Shown: piece by piece, positions 25,850 to 38,224 of the stretch
Numbering within the stretch: position 1 is the stretch's first letter
Layout: each line of letters opens with the position of its first letter
Source: Mobula hypostoma
Lineage: Eukaryota
Assembly: GCF_963921235.1 (NCBI RefSeq)
Contig: NC_086100.1
Span: forward strand, 203,362,001-203,426,000
Reading direction: 5' to 3'
DNA: 64,000 nt
The notes under the pieces: model-generated
What the model saw: only the letters and a program-made list of their open reading frames with translations
Database searches by the model: none
What the model was told of the DNA's origin: nothing
Position numbers and translations under genes: made by a program

Positions 25850-28555
25850 GCAAATGGGGAGAAATGAGATGATGCATCAGTCTCCGAGTGACATTATTAA
25901 GAATAAAAGGACAAAGGCCGTGGTGATGAAGACGGTGATTTACTGGAGGTTATATGGAGATAATATCTGATGGGATATTAAACTTGGAGATGTTTGGGAT
26001 ATGACTTAGAAAATGGGGGGACTTGTGGTATTCATAATATTCCAGTCTTGTTTAATGGGGGCTAAATGTTTGTTACTGAAAAAGGGAACCTTGTGTTGCG
26101 GACGGGGTCATTTGCTAAGATTCATTATCAGGATAATTTAAGTGAAGAGGTTAAGCAATGTGGGGATACGTTTTTTCTATGACTACCCTGATGTGTTGGA
26201 AGTCAGCTGTAGCAAAGATAATATCACTGATGTAGAGATTTCTTTGTAGGAATTTAAGAAGTCTATTAACAATGCAAGTCAGGTGTCCCCAGGAAAGGGT
26301 GACATATGTAATTGTAGCTGCATGTAGTTCTCTTTTGTGAAAATATTAACTTTTTGAATCATGTTTGGAGGTTAGGCCGTCTACTTTCCTCGTGGAAAAT
26401 GCAGCAGTAGTGCCTATTCTAAAACCTGGGAGGTCCCCATCTGATCCTTCTAGTTACGGGCCGATATCATGAATGACTCATTTATGTAAACTAATGGAAT
26501 GTATGGTAATCGAGTGCTTGAGTTATATTTTGGAAAGAGAGGTGATACACTGATTTATTAGAGTGGATTTTGGAAGGGTAAATGACATTATATTCAGTTT
26601 TAAGTTTGAAAGACGATGGTTAGGAAAGCACAATTAAACAAAGATGTTGTAATAGTAGTATTTTTGATGCGGAAAACGGAAATGATATGAAAGGAAGGAC
26701 TTTTAATTAAATTATGGAAATTAGGAGTGAGGGGGAGATTGTATAATTTTTCTGAGATTTTTTTTAAATTTGGACGGACTGTGCAAGTACGGGTTGTCAT
26801 GTTATGTTTGTGTTTCTATAAGATAGAGAATGGGATCCCACAAGAAAGTATTTGTAGCCTTTCATTATTTAATATTATGATTAATGATATTTTCTCTCAG
26901 ATGAGTACTCTGGGTAAATCACAATATGTAGATGATGTAGCTTTATAGATTAGAGGTAGTAATTACAATTTACAATTAATAGGTCAAACTGTGGGCAAAT
27001 TGCTGAGGATTTTAAACTTTCAGTCGCTAAAACACATTACGTGTTTTAAAAAACGGTACTAATAGACTTGCACTTGATGTTAAATTATATGATTATGTAT
27101 TGAGGAAGTATCAGTGGTAAGATTTCTTAGTATGCAGACAGGTGATAAGCTGACATGAAAGCATCTATCAGTAAAATAATTGATAAATGTAAAGGAGCAT
27201 TAAATCTCCTCAGGCATCTATGTGGGTATTCTTGGGTGAAACATGAAAATCTTTGTTGACCAATTATATTTGTTTAAATTAGATCTGTTCTTGATAATGA
27301 CTTGATAATGGATCAGCTTCATCTTCAACTTTAAAATATTTAGATGTGATGCAATTATAGGCTTTAAGACTGTATTGTGGCACAGCAATGTCGTCTCCTG
27401 TTCTGGCTTTACTGATTGAAATGGGACAATTGCGCTCACAATTACAGAGGTTGAAGTTGATGTTAACATACTGGATTAATTTCAAGGGGCAAAGAAATGA
27501 CCATCCTGTTAAAGGTGTGCTGGAGGGCTGTTGGCAACATCACAGGAAGAGTTTTTTTTTGTTTTGGGATGCTGGTTCTTATCAAGCTGGGAGTATGGGT
27601 ATATTGGATGATACAATATGTCCTACTGTAGCTTTCTCGGTCACCCCACCTAGTTTTATTTCCAATGACATTAGTTTTGATTTTAGGTTACACGATTGGA
27701 TTCGGTTCTGCCTGAGAGTCTGCTGGTTCATCAGTATATTAATGAAATTTATTAGCATACGGTAACCATTTTTACAGATGAATCAAAATATAATTTAACC
27801 AGGGATGTTGGCGTGGCTGTTTTTGTGTACCTGAATAGCAGGTAATGATAAAGAAATGACTTACCACCCATATATCAGCATATGAAGCAGAATTCTTTGC
27901 CAATAGTTTAAGCTTACAGAGGGTGGAGGAAATTGGTCCTTATAATTTGTTCAGAATACTTTTCGGTTTTGATGAGTCTACAACAGGTCGCTCTGTTGGA
28001 AACTCGTCAAACAATATTTCATATACTAATTTTGATTTAGCTGTCTGCACCTTATGGGTCCTGCACATCGCACTGCTGAGGGAAATGATGGGGTTAGCAG
28101 TTTGGCAACAAAAGCTATTAAATGTTAAGCTGCGGATATAGACCTTCCCCTAAGCAAATTAGAATCTAAGAGGTTGGTAGTGTTCAGAATGAGGGGCTTA
28201 CGGCAAGGCTTGTAGGATATTGGACATCAGGCCAGACGTCTTTACAGAATACATACACCTGTTGGGTTTATAGAAGAAAGGCTTAAAATAAGAAGGGAAT
28301 GAATGATGTTGACAGGACTTAGAAATGCCCACACTATGCTTAATTGTGCCTTGTATCTAACTGGAAAACTTCATTCTATGTCGTGTATATTTTGTTATTA
28401 TGAAACTGTCGAAACACACACTATTGCAATGTGAAGAGTATAAGGCTGAAGGAAAATTAAGTGCAGTCTTCAGTACAATCTTTGGGAGGGTAGATATTTG
28501 TCAGATAAAAACTTTATTAAGTTATGGGACTGACTTTAAATTAATTCACAGTTTT
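25850..28555 (+). mobile_element. Nimb/I-group LINE ORF2 (RT plus RNase H), degenerate
   Basis: IENGIPQESICS..LFNIMINDIF...YVDDVAL, SSPVLALLIEMG...YWINFKGQRNDHPVK and LWVLH remnants. Confidence 0.75.
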
Positions 28556-28559
28556 AGCT

Positions 28560-29375
28560 GGAAAGGCATGTAATAATTGCAATATCAGAATTGTATCGGG
28601 GACTTCAATATGCAAGAGGTTTGGGAAAATCACGTTGTTGTCAGATCACAAGAGGGCATTTGTTGCATGCTTACGAAATGGCTTTTTCGAGCAGCTTGCC
28701 TGTGGGCCTACATCTGGGAAAGGCCATCTTAGATTGGGTGTTGCATAATAACCCTGATCATTTCGGGAGCTTAAAGTAAAGGAACCCTGAGGAGGCAGTG
28801 ATCACAATATAATTAAACTCATACTGCAATTTGAGAGGGAGAAGCCGAAGTCACATGCATCAATCTCTCAATGGAATAAAGGGATTTACAAAGGCATGAG
28901 AGAGGAACTTGCCCAGGTGCATTGGAGGAGGATACTGCGGGGATGATGTCTGAACAGAGATGGCTTAAGTATCTGGGAATAGTTTACAAGGCGCAGGATA
29001 GACATGTCCCACCGAAGAAGTTCTCAAATAGCAGGGTAGGAATCCGTGTGCGAACAAGGGAAGTTAAAGACTGTGTAAGCCCTAAGGAAATGGCACGTAA
29101 GGCAGCAAGGGTGCGTGGGATGTTGGAATATTAGGATGCTTTCAATCCAACAAAAGGAAAAGAAAAAAGCCATAAGAATGTTAAAGATGAAATATGAGGG
29201 AAAACTAGCCAATAATATAAATCAGGACACTAAAAATTTATGTTCAGTTACATGAAGCGTGAAAGGGAGATGAAAGTTGATATGGGACCACTGGAAAAAT
29301 TGCTGGTGAAGTAGTGATGGGGGACAAAGAAATGGCAGATAAACTTAGTGAACACTTTGCATCAATCTTCACTCT
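28560..29375 (+). mobile_element. Degenerate CR1 fragment (EN-RT linker)
   Basis: KAILDWVL...; homologous in reverse to about 5990-6330. Confidence 0.7.
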
Positions 29376-29379
29376 CGTT

Positions 29380-29565
29380 TCCAGTCAGCACCTACTAGTC
29401 CCATTTAACCTGTCTAAGTGCGAGTGGACTTCAGGACCTAGGGGAGCTCAGGACCTACTGCCCGCAGCTGCTGCTGAATCCGCAGTGTTTCTGCTCGGTT
29501 GACAGATGCGGTGAACGAGTTAAAATTAATCGATCAATAATTCTCATCTCGCATTTATTTCACTC
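29380..29565 (-). other. Displaced distal 3' UTR of the TRIM gene with AATAAA (29559-29554)
   Basis: Homologous to 4325-4510 and 60830-60990, which directly follow the B30.2 stop codons in the paralogues. Confidence 0.8.
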
Positions 29566-32235
29566 CATACAACCATAGAACTACAGCACAGAAAACAGAC
29601 CTTTCGGCCCTTCTAGTATGTGCCGAAACTTTATTCCGCAAGTCCCATTGAAATGCACCCACTCCATAATCTTCTAGGCTTCTGTCATAGATGTATCTAT
29701 CCAATTTATTCCTAAAAGTTAAGACCGAGCCCGCATTTATCATGTCAGATGGCAGCTCGTTCCACACTCCCACCACTCTCTGAGTGAGGAAGTTCCCCCT
29801 AAACCTTTCACCTTTCACCTTAAACCCTCGTACTCGCGTATTTATCTCTCCTAATCTGAGTGGAAAGAGCCTACTCGCATTTACTCTGTCTATACCCTTC
29901 ATAATCTTGTAAACGTCTATCAAATCCCCCCATCATTCTTCTACGCTCTAAGGAAAAGAGTCTTAACCTGTTCAATCTTTCCCTGTAACTCAACTCCTGA
30001 AGACCGGGCAATATCCTAATAAATCTTCTCTGCACTCTTTCAATCTTACTGATATCCTTCCCATAGTTAGGTGACCACCAGAACTGCGCACAATACTCCA
30101 AATTTGGTCTCACCAATGTCTTATACAACCTCACCATGACATCCCAACTCTTATACTCAATACTTTGAGTTATGAATGCCAGGTTGCCAAAAACCTTCTT
30201 TACAACCCTGTCTACCTGTGACGCCACTTTCAGGGAATTATGTACCTGAACTCCCTTTGTTCCTCCGCACTCCTCAGTGCCCTACCATTTACTGTGTATG
30301 TCCTACCTTGATTTGTCCTTCCAAAATGCAACGCCTCACACTTGTCTGCATTAAATTCCATCTGCCATTATCTGGTCTATTTTTCTGATTCATCCAGATC
30401 TCTCTGCAAGCTTTGAAAGCCTTCCTCGCTGTCCACAACGCCTTTAATCTTAGTGTCATCAGCAAACTTGCTGATCCAAATTACCACATTATCATCTGGA
30501 TCATTGATATAGACAACAAACAACAATGGTCCCAGTACAGATCCCTGAGGCGCACCACTAGTCACAGGCCTCCAGTCTGAGAAGCAATCATCCACTACCA
30601 CTCTCTGTCTTCTCCCAAACAGCGAATTTTGAATCCAGTTTACAACCTCTCCATGAATACCTAGTGCCTGAACCTTCTGAACTAACCTCCCATGTGGGAC
30701 TTTGTCAAAGGCCTTATTGAAGTCCATGTAGACAACATACACAGCCTTTCCTTCATCTACTTTCTTGTAACTTCCTCGAAAAGCTCTACAAGATTCGTTA
30801 AACATGATCTACCACCACAAAGCCATTCTGACTATCATTAGTCAGCCCTTGGCTGTCCAAATACTTTTATATCCGATCTCTCAGAACTCCTTTCAATAAT
30901 TTACCTACTACTGATGTCAGGCTCACCAGCCTGTAATTACATGGTTTACTTTTGGAGCCTTTTTTAAACAAAGGAACAACATGAGCTACCCTCCAATCCG
31001 CCAGCACCGCACCCATTGCTAAGGACATTTTAAATATTTCTGCCAGGGCCCCTGCAATTTCTACACTAGTCTCTCTCAATGTCAGAGGAAATATCATGTC
31101 AGGTCCGGGGGATTTATCTACTTTTATTCGCTTTAAGTCAGCAAGCACCTCCTCCTCCTCCTCTTTAGTCTCTATATGTTCCATGACACTGCTGCTTGTT
31201 TCCCTTCCTTCCATATACACTATGCCAGTTTCCTGAGTAAATACTGATTCAAAAAACTGTTGAATATCTCCCCATCTCATGAGGCTCCACACGTAGACGA
31301 CTACTCTGATCTTCTAGGGGACCAATTTTGTCCCTTACTATCCTTTTACTCTTAATATACTTGTAAAAACCCTTCGGGTTTACCTTCACATTATTTGCCA
31401 AAACTACCTCATGTCTTCTTTTTGCCTTTCTGATTTCCTTCTTTAGTATTTTCTTACATTTTCTATACTCTTCAAGTACCTCATTTTTCCTTTGTTGCCT
31501 ATACCTGCTATACACCGCTCTCTATTTCTTAACCAGATCGCCAATATCCCTTGAAAACCAAGGTTCCCAATGCCTGTTAACTTTGCCTTTAATCCTGGCA
31601 GGAACATGTAAATTCTGCACTCTCAAAATTTCGCCTTTGAAGGTCTTCCACTTACTTAACACATCCTTGCCAGAAAACATCTTATCCCAATCCACTCATC
31701 CTAGATCCTTTCTCATTTCCACAAAATCGGCGCCTCTCCAATTTAGAACCGCAGCTCGAGGATCAGACCTATCCTTATCCATAATTAACTTGAAACTAAT
31801 GACATTATGGTCACTGGACCGAAAATGTTCGCCTAAACATACTTCTGTCACCTGACCTCTCTGGTTCCCTAATAGGAGATCAAGTATTTCATCCTCTCTC
31901 GTACGTATCTCCATATATTGATTTAGAAAAAAAATTCTGAACACATTTGACAAACTCCAAGCCGTCCAGCCTTTTCATAGTGTGAGAGTCCCAGTCAATA
32001 TGTGGATAGTTAAAGTTCCTTACTATTACAACTTTCTGTTTTTTTTTACGTCAGTCTGCTATCTCTCTACAGATTTGCACCTCCAATTCTCTCTGACTAT
32101 TGGGCGGTCCATAATACAACCCTATTAGTGTGGTCACACCTTTCCCGTTACTCACCTGCACACATATGGTCTCTGTAGACAGGCCGTCAGGGCTGTCCTA
32201 TCCACGCACAGCTGTGATATTTTCCCTGACCAGTA
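29566..32235 (-). mobile_element. CR1 LINE copy A (partial EN through RT to 3' tail)
   Basis: Contiguous CR1 ORF2 remnants in ORFs 29555-31953. The tail starts at 29566 and the element is truncated at LLVRENITAV. Confidence 0.9.
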
Positions 32236-35200
32236 AACCATACAAACTACAGCACAGAAACAGGCCGTTTGGCCCTTCTTGGCTGTGCTGAACCATTTTC
32301 TGCCTAGTCCCACTGACCTGCACACGGACCATATCCCTCCATACACCTCCCATCCATGTATCTGTCCAATTTATTCTTAAATGTTAAAAAAGAACCCGCA
32401 TTTACCACCTCGTCTGGCAGCTCATTCCATACTCCCACCACTCTCTGTGTGAAGAAGCCCCCACTAATGTTCCCTTTAAACTCCCCCCCCACCCTAAACC
32501 CATGTCCTCTGTTTTTTTTCTCCCCTTGCCTCAGTGGAAGAATCCTGCTTGCATTCACTCTATCTATACCCATCATAATTTTATATACCTCCATCAAATC
32601 ACCCCTCATTCTTCTACGCTCCAGGGAATAAAATCCTAACCTATTCAACCTTTCTCTGTAACTGAGTTTCTCAAGTCCCGGCAACATCCTTGTAAACCTT
32701 CTCTGCACTCTTTCAACCTTATTTATATGCTTCTTGTAATTTGGTGACCAAAACTGAACACAATACTCCAGATTCGGCCTCACAATGCCTTATACAACCT
32801 CATCATAACATTCCAGCTCTTATACTCAGTACTTCAATTAATAAAGGCCAATGTACCAAAAGCTCTCTTTACGACCCTATCTACCTGTGACGACACTTTT
32901 AGGGAATTTTGTATCTGTATTCCCAGATCCCTCTGTTCCACTGCACTCCTCAGTGCTTTACCATTAACCCTGTAAGTTCTACGTTGGTTTGTCCTTCCAA
33001 CGTGCAATACCTCACACTTGTCAGTATTAAACTCCATTTTTCAGCCCATTTTTCCAGCTGGTCCAAGTCCCTCTGCAGGCTCTGAAAACTTTCCTCACTG
33101 TCTACTGCACCTCCAATCTTTGTATCATCAGCAAACTTGCTGATCCAATTTACCACATTGTCATCCAGATCATTGATGTAGATGACAAATAACAATGGAC
33201 CCAGCAGTGATCCCTGTGGCACACCACTAGTCACAGGCCTCCACTCTGAGAAGCTATTCTGTACCACCACTCTCTGGCTTTTGTGCAGTTTTGGTCCCCT
33301 AATCTGAGGAAAGACATCCTTGCCATAGAGGGAGTACAAAGAAGGTTCACCAGATTGATTCCTGGGATGGCAGGACTTTCATATGAAGAAAGACTGGATG
33401 AACTGGGCTGGTACTCGTTGAAATTTAGAAGATTGAGGGGGGATCTGATTGAAACGTATAAGATCCTAAAGGGATTGGACAGGCTAGATGCAGGAAGATT
33501 GTTCCCGATGTTGGGGAAGTCCAGAACGAGGGGCAACAGTTTGAGGATAGAGGGGAAGACTTTTAGGACCGAGATTAGGAAAAACTTCTTCACACAGAGA
33601 GTGGTGAATCTGTGGAATTCTCTGCCACAGGAAACAGTTGAGGCCAGTTCATTGGCTATATTTAAGAGGGAGTTAGATATGGCCCTTGTGGCTACGGGGG
33701 TCAGAAGGTATGGGGGGAAGGCTGGGGCGGGGTTCTGAGTTGGAGGATCAGCCATGATCATAATAAATGGCGGTGCAGGCTCGAAGGGCCGAATGGCCTA
33801 CTCCTGCACCTATTTTCTATGTTTCTATGTTTCTATGTTTCTTCCATCGAGCCAATGTCTAATCCAATTTACCACCTCTCCATGTATACCTAGCGACTGA
33901 ATTTTTCTAACTAACCTCCCATGCGGGACCTTGTCAAAGGCCTTACTGAAGTCCATGTAGACAATATCCACTGCCTTCCCTTCATCCACTTTCCTGGTAA
34001 CCTCCTCGAAAAACTCCAACAGATTAGTCAAACATGACCTACCACGCACAAAGCCATGTTGTCTCTCCCTAATAAGCCCCTGTCTATCCAAATGCTTGTA
34101 GATTCTGTCTCTTAGTACTCCCTCCAATAACTTACCTACTACTGACGTTAAACTCATCGGCCTATAATTTCCCGGATTATTTTTCGATCCTTTTTTAAAC
34201 AACGGAACAACATGAGCCACTCTCCAATCCTCTGGCACTTCACCCATTGACAGCGACATTTTAAATATTTCTGCCAGGGCCCCCGCAATTTCAACACTAG
34301 TCTCCTTCAAGGTCCGAGGGAACACTTTGTCAGGTCCCGGGAATTTATCCACTTTAATTTTCCTCAAGACAGCAAGAACCTCCTCCTTTTCAATCTGTAC
34401 AGTTTCCATGGTCTCACGACTTGATTCCCTCAATTCCATAGATTTCATGCCAGCTTCCTAGTAAATACAGACGCAAAAAACCTATTTAAGATCTCCCCCA
34501 TTTCCTTTGGTTCCGCACAAAGCCGACACTCTGATCTTCAAGAGGATCAAAATATCCCTTACAATCCTTTTGCTCTTAATATACCTGTAAAAGCTCTTTG
34601 GATTATCCTTCACTTTGACTGCCAAGGCAACCTCATGTCTTCTTTTAGCCCTCCTGATTTCTTTCTTAAGTATTTTCTTGCACTTCTTATACTCCTCAAG
34701 CACCTGATTTACCCCCTGTTTCCTATACATTTCATACAACTCCCTCTTCTTCTTTATCAGAGTTGCAATATCCCTTGAGAACCAAGGTTCCTTATTCCTA
34801 TTCAATTTGCCTTTAACCCTGACAGGAACATACAAACTCTGCACTCTCAAAATTTCCCCTTTAAAGGCTTCCCACCTACCAATCACATCTTTGCCAGAGA
34901 ACGACCTGTCCCAATCCACGCTTTTTAGATCCTTTCTCATTTCTTCAAATTTGGCCTTCTTCCAGTTCAGAACCTCAACCCTAGGACCAGATCTATCCTT
35001 GTCCATGATCAAATTGAAACTAATGGTGTTATGATCACTGGAACCAAAGTGCTCTCCTACACAGACTTCTGTCACTTGCCCTAATTCGTTTCCTAACAGG
35101 AGATCCAATATTGCATCCCCTCTAGTTGGTCCCTCTATATACTGATTTAGAAAACTTTCCTGAACACATTTTACAAACTCTAAACCATCTAGACCCCTAA

Positions 35201-35947
35201 CAGTATGGGAGTCCCAATCAATGTATGGAAAATTAAAATCCCCTACCACCACAAATTTATGTTTCCTGCAGTTACCTGCTATCTCTCTGCAGATTTGCTC
35301 TTCCAAGTCTCGTTGACTATTGGGTGGTCTGTAATACAATCGCACTAATGTGGCCATACCTTTCCTGTTTCTCAGCTCCACCCATAAGGACTCAGTAGAC
35401 AAGCCGTCTAATCTGTCGTCCCTGAGCACTGCTGTAATATTTTCCCTAACAAGCAATGCTACTCCCCCACCTTTCATTCCTCTGCCTCGATCACATCTGA
35501 AACATCGGAACCCTGGAATATTAAGCTGCCAGTCCTGCCCCTCCTGTAGCCAAGTTATACTAATTGCTACAACATCATAACTCCACGTGTCAATCCACGC
35601 CCTAAACTCATCTACAATACTCCTTGCATTGAAGTAGATGCACCTGTGAACATTTCTATCACATACAAACCTTTGATTTTTGTGTATTCATGCAGTCCTC
35701 GCATAACTTTTATCCTCCTGCACCTCACTCTCTGCTCCAACACTCTGGTTCCCCTCCCCCTGCAAATCTCGTTTAAACCCCCCGGAGCTACACTAGAAAA
35801 TCTATCCGCAAGGATGTTAGACCCCCTCCAGTTCAGGTGCAAACCGTCCCGCCGGAACAGATCACACCTTTCCTGGAACAAAGCCCAGCTGTCCAGAAAC
35901 GTGAAGCCCTCTCTCCTGCACCATCTCCTTAACCACGTATTTAGCTG
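32236..35947 (-). mobile_element. CR1 LINE copy B (ORF1 esterase end, EN, RT, tail), interrupted by a plus-strand CR1 at 33281-33840
   Basis: 331-aa EN ORF, RT ORFs, and VQLNTWLRRWC...DGLHLN from ORF1. Confidence 0.92.
33281..33840 (+). mobile_element. Young CR1 3' fragment nested in copy B
   Basis: Nearly identical to 13408-13960. It splits the host text WLDGRS|QRVVV. Confidence 0.92.
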
Positions 35948-36012
35948 CACTCTCCGCACACTGATATTTACAGGGACTTTACGTCTGACGTCGGTCCCGG
36001 AACCCGGCCCGT

Positions 36013-36566
36013 TTACAGACGCGGAGCGCAACCGGAGCAGATTGTCAGCCATTGGTTTTTACACCAAGTCCGGAAGAAAGGATAAAGTTTCCCCGTGAAT
36101 TTATTCCCAATGAAGGTATGGAGATGGGATTTGGTCTCCGCGTCGTAAAATGTAACTGTCCCGGACTCGTAACTGAGATAAACTCCAACCCTCCCGGGGT
36201 TGCGACCGGCAAGGAGACGGGACCCAGAGGTGGTACGAACACCGAACACGTCATAATCCCAATGTAATACGTCGTCAACCCGCCCGATGACCCAGAATCC
36301 GGTGTTCGGACTCAGTCTGAACCCTCCCTTCCTGTCCACGGACTGTGCGGCGACTCCCAGACTCCAGCGCCGATTCCCCGCCACCTCCACCTCCCAGTAA
36401 TGTCTCCCCGATGTGAATCCCTCCGTTCCCAGCACACAAATCCAGAATGTGAATCTCTTCCCGGTGTCAGGGAGATCCCTTCGGGTCTGGGTACATCTCA
36501 CACTCTTCCGATCGTCAGACACCTCGAGACACGGATGCGCCGTTTCCACATCCAGGGTGACAGAGA
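36013..36566 (-). CDS. TRIM gene 1 exon 6: B30.2/PRY-SPRY domain, ends TAA
   Basis: Acceptor TTCTTCCCCCAG, then VSVTLDVETAHPCL...FTSGRHYWEVEV...[11 protein letters not shown]...KLYPFF. 554 nt, phase-compatible with exon 5. Confidence 0.93.
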
Positions 36567-38224
36567 CTGGGGGAAGAAGCAGATAATTAGAGAGTCCCCG
36601 GGGATTGGGGGGAGACTCGGGTAGCGCGGCCCTGGGGATCGGTCGAAAGGCCGCTGGGCCTCAGGCGTGGTCGGGTGGCCTACACGAACCTTTCCCGTGG
36701 TTTGTCCTAACAAAAGTGGATGAACGAGTCATATCTCTTTAAGCGTTTTCCGCTGGACGGAGAGCAGAGATTCCTCCATCAAACAGACACGAAGTGCTGA
36801 AGGAACCTAGCGGGTCGGACAGCATGTGTGGAGAGAGATGAACAGTCTACCTCAAGAACAGAAATAGACAGGAGAGATAGACAGCAGAAACGAGTGCGGG
36901 AAAGGGGTGGATTAAGATGGGAAGGGGGTGAGTGAATGGATTTAAACAGGAGGTCACAGAGCCCCATCGGCCCAACTTGTTCTTGCCGACCAATTTGCTT
37001 TAATGAGCTAGTCCCATTTTCGCATTATTCCTTTCACCTTCCTTAACCACGTACCTGCAAAGGTGAAATTTAAAACGTTTTCCCTGTACCCATCTCTACA
37101 GTTGATCAGGGGCACGGTGAAACAGAGATAACCCTCTTCCCTGTCCACTATGCCATGAATTTTAGTGTCACCCACAAACCTACTAACAATGTCACCTACA
37201 TTATCACCCAAATCATTAATGTGAATGACAAACAACAGCGGCCCGAGCATCGCCCTCTGCAGGTCACAGGCCACCAGTCCACTGTGCGTAAGAGACACTT
37301 GGACAGACACTTCAATAGGCAAGGCACAGAAGGAGACTGACCTAATGCCGGTCAATGGGATAAATGTAAATGGGTAAATAGGTCAGCACAGAGGTGATGG
37401 GTCGAATGGCACATTTCTATGCTGTACGGTGATGGCTCTGTGAACTGAATGGCTAAGAAACCCCAAACACCCTCACCTCCCCCCTGCCACGGTGCCGAGA
37501 ATTCCAGACAGACAGTGATCCCTGACCCTCGACTCCTCGGAGAGGGGTAACATCCTACCTGTAGACCCCTGAAAAAAATTTGTGTTTCCCTAAGATCTCC
37601 TCTCATTCTTCTAAACATGGAACAGAGAACATAGAACAGTACAGCACAGGAACAGACCCTTCATTCAATGTTAACATTCATGTGTAAGTGTGAATGCGAA
37701 GCGGGGGATTGTGAAGGTCCGGTACAAAACAGAGTAGATAATGGGAACCTGTAGGGGAGAGATGAACGGCAGATTGAACCGGACCTATGCTGGGGAGTAG
37801 TGGAAAGCCTGTAGGTGAACTGAGTGTATAGACGTAACCAGTAGGTTGTGGGGACAAAGATGGGAGATGAGGACCCCTTTGTCCCCTTTCCCACAAATCC
37901 ATCGCCCACAGCCCCTGGCCTGCTGACTTTCTCCAACATTTTGTGTGTGTTGCTCCGCTTTAAATACACTCAATTAGTTGCCTCCACACATGCCTGTTGC
38001 AGATTCACTATCCTGTGGCTAAAAGAATTCCTCCTCATCTCTGTTCTAAATCGACACCCTCTAATCGGAGGCTATGCCATCTGGTCCTAGACTCATCCAC
38101 TATAGGAAACATCCTCCCAAAATCAGCTCTCTCCAGATAATTTCAGGGAGATCAGACACGACCCTTCATCAGGACATGCGCTGCTTGGATTACCAGCATC
38201 TGCAGATTTACTCGTGTTTGATTT

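Noticed and set aside
35612..36052. 146-aa ORF that looks like a TRIM-esterase fusion
   Set aside because: It is in a different frame from B30.2 and is a chance read-through from the 3' UTR into the truncated CR1 ORF1.
37661..37969. Near-identical 102-aa ORFs at 37661 and 62814 as a conserved small gene
   Set aside because: All frames and the flanks are equally conserved, which indicates DNA-level homogenisation. There is no domain and no ATG start.
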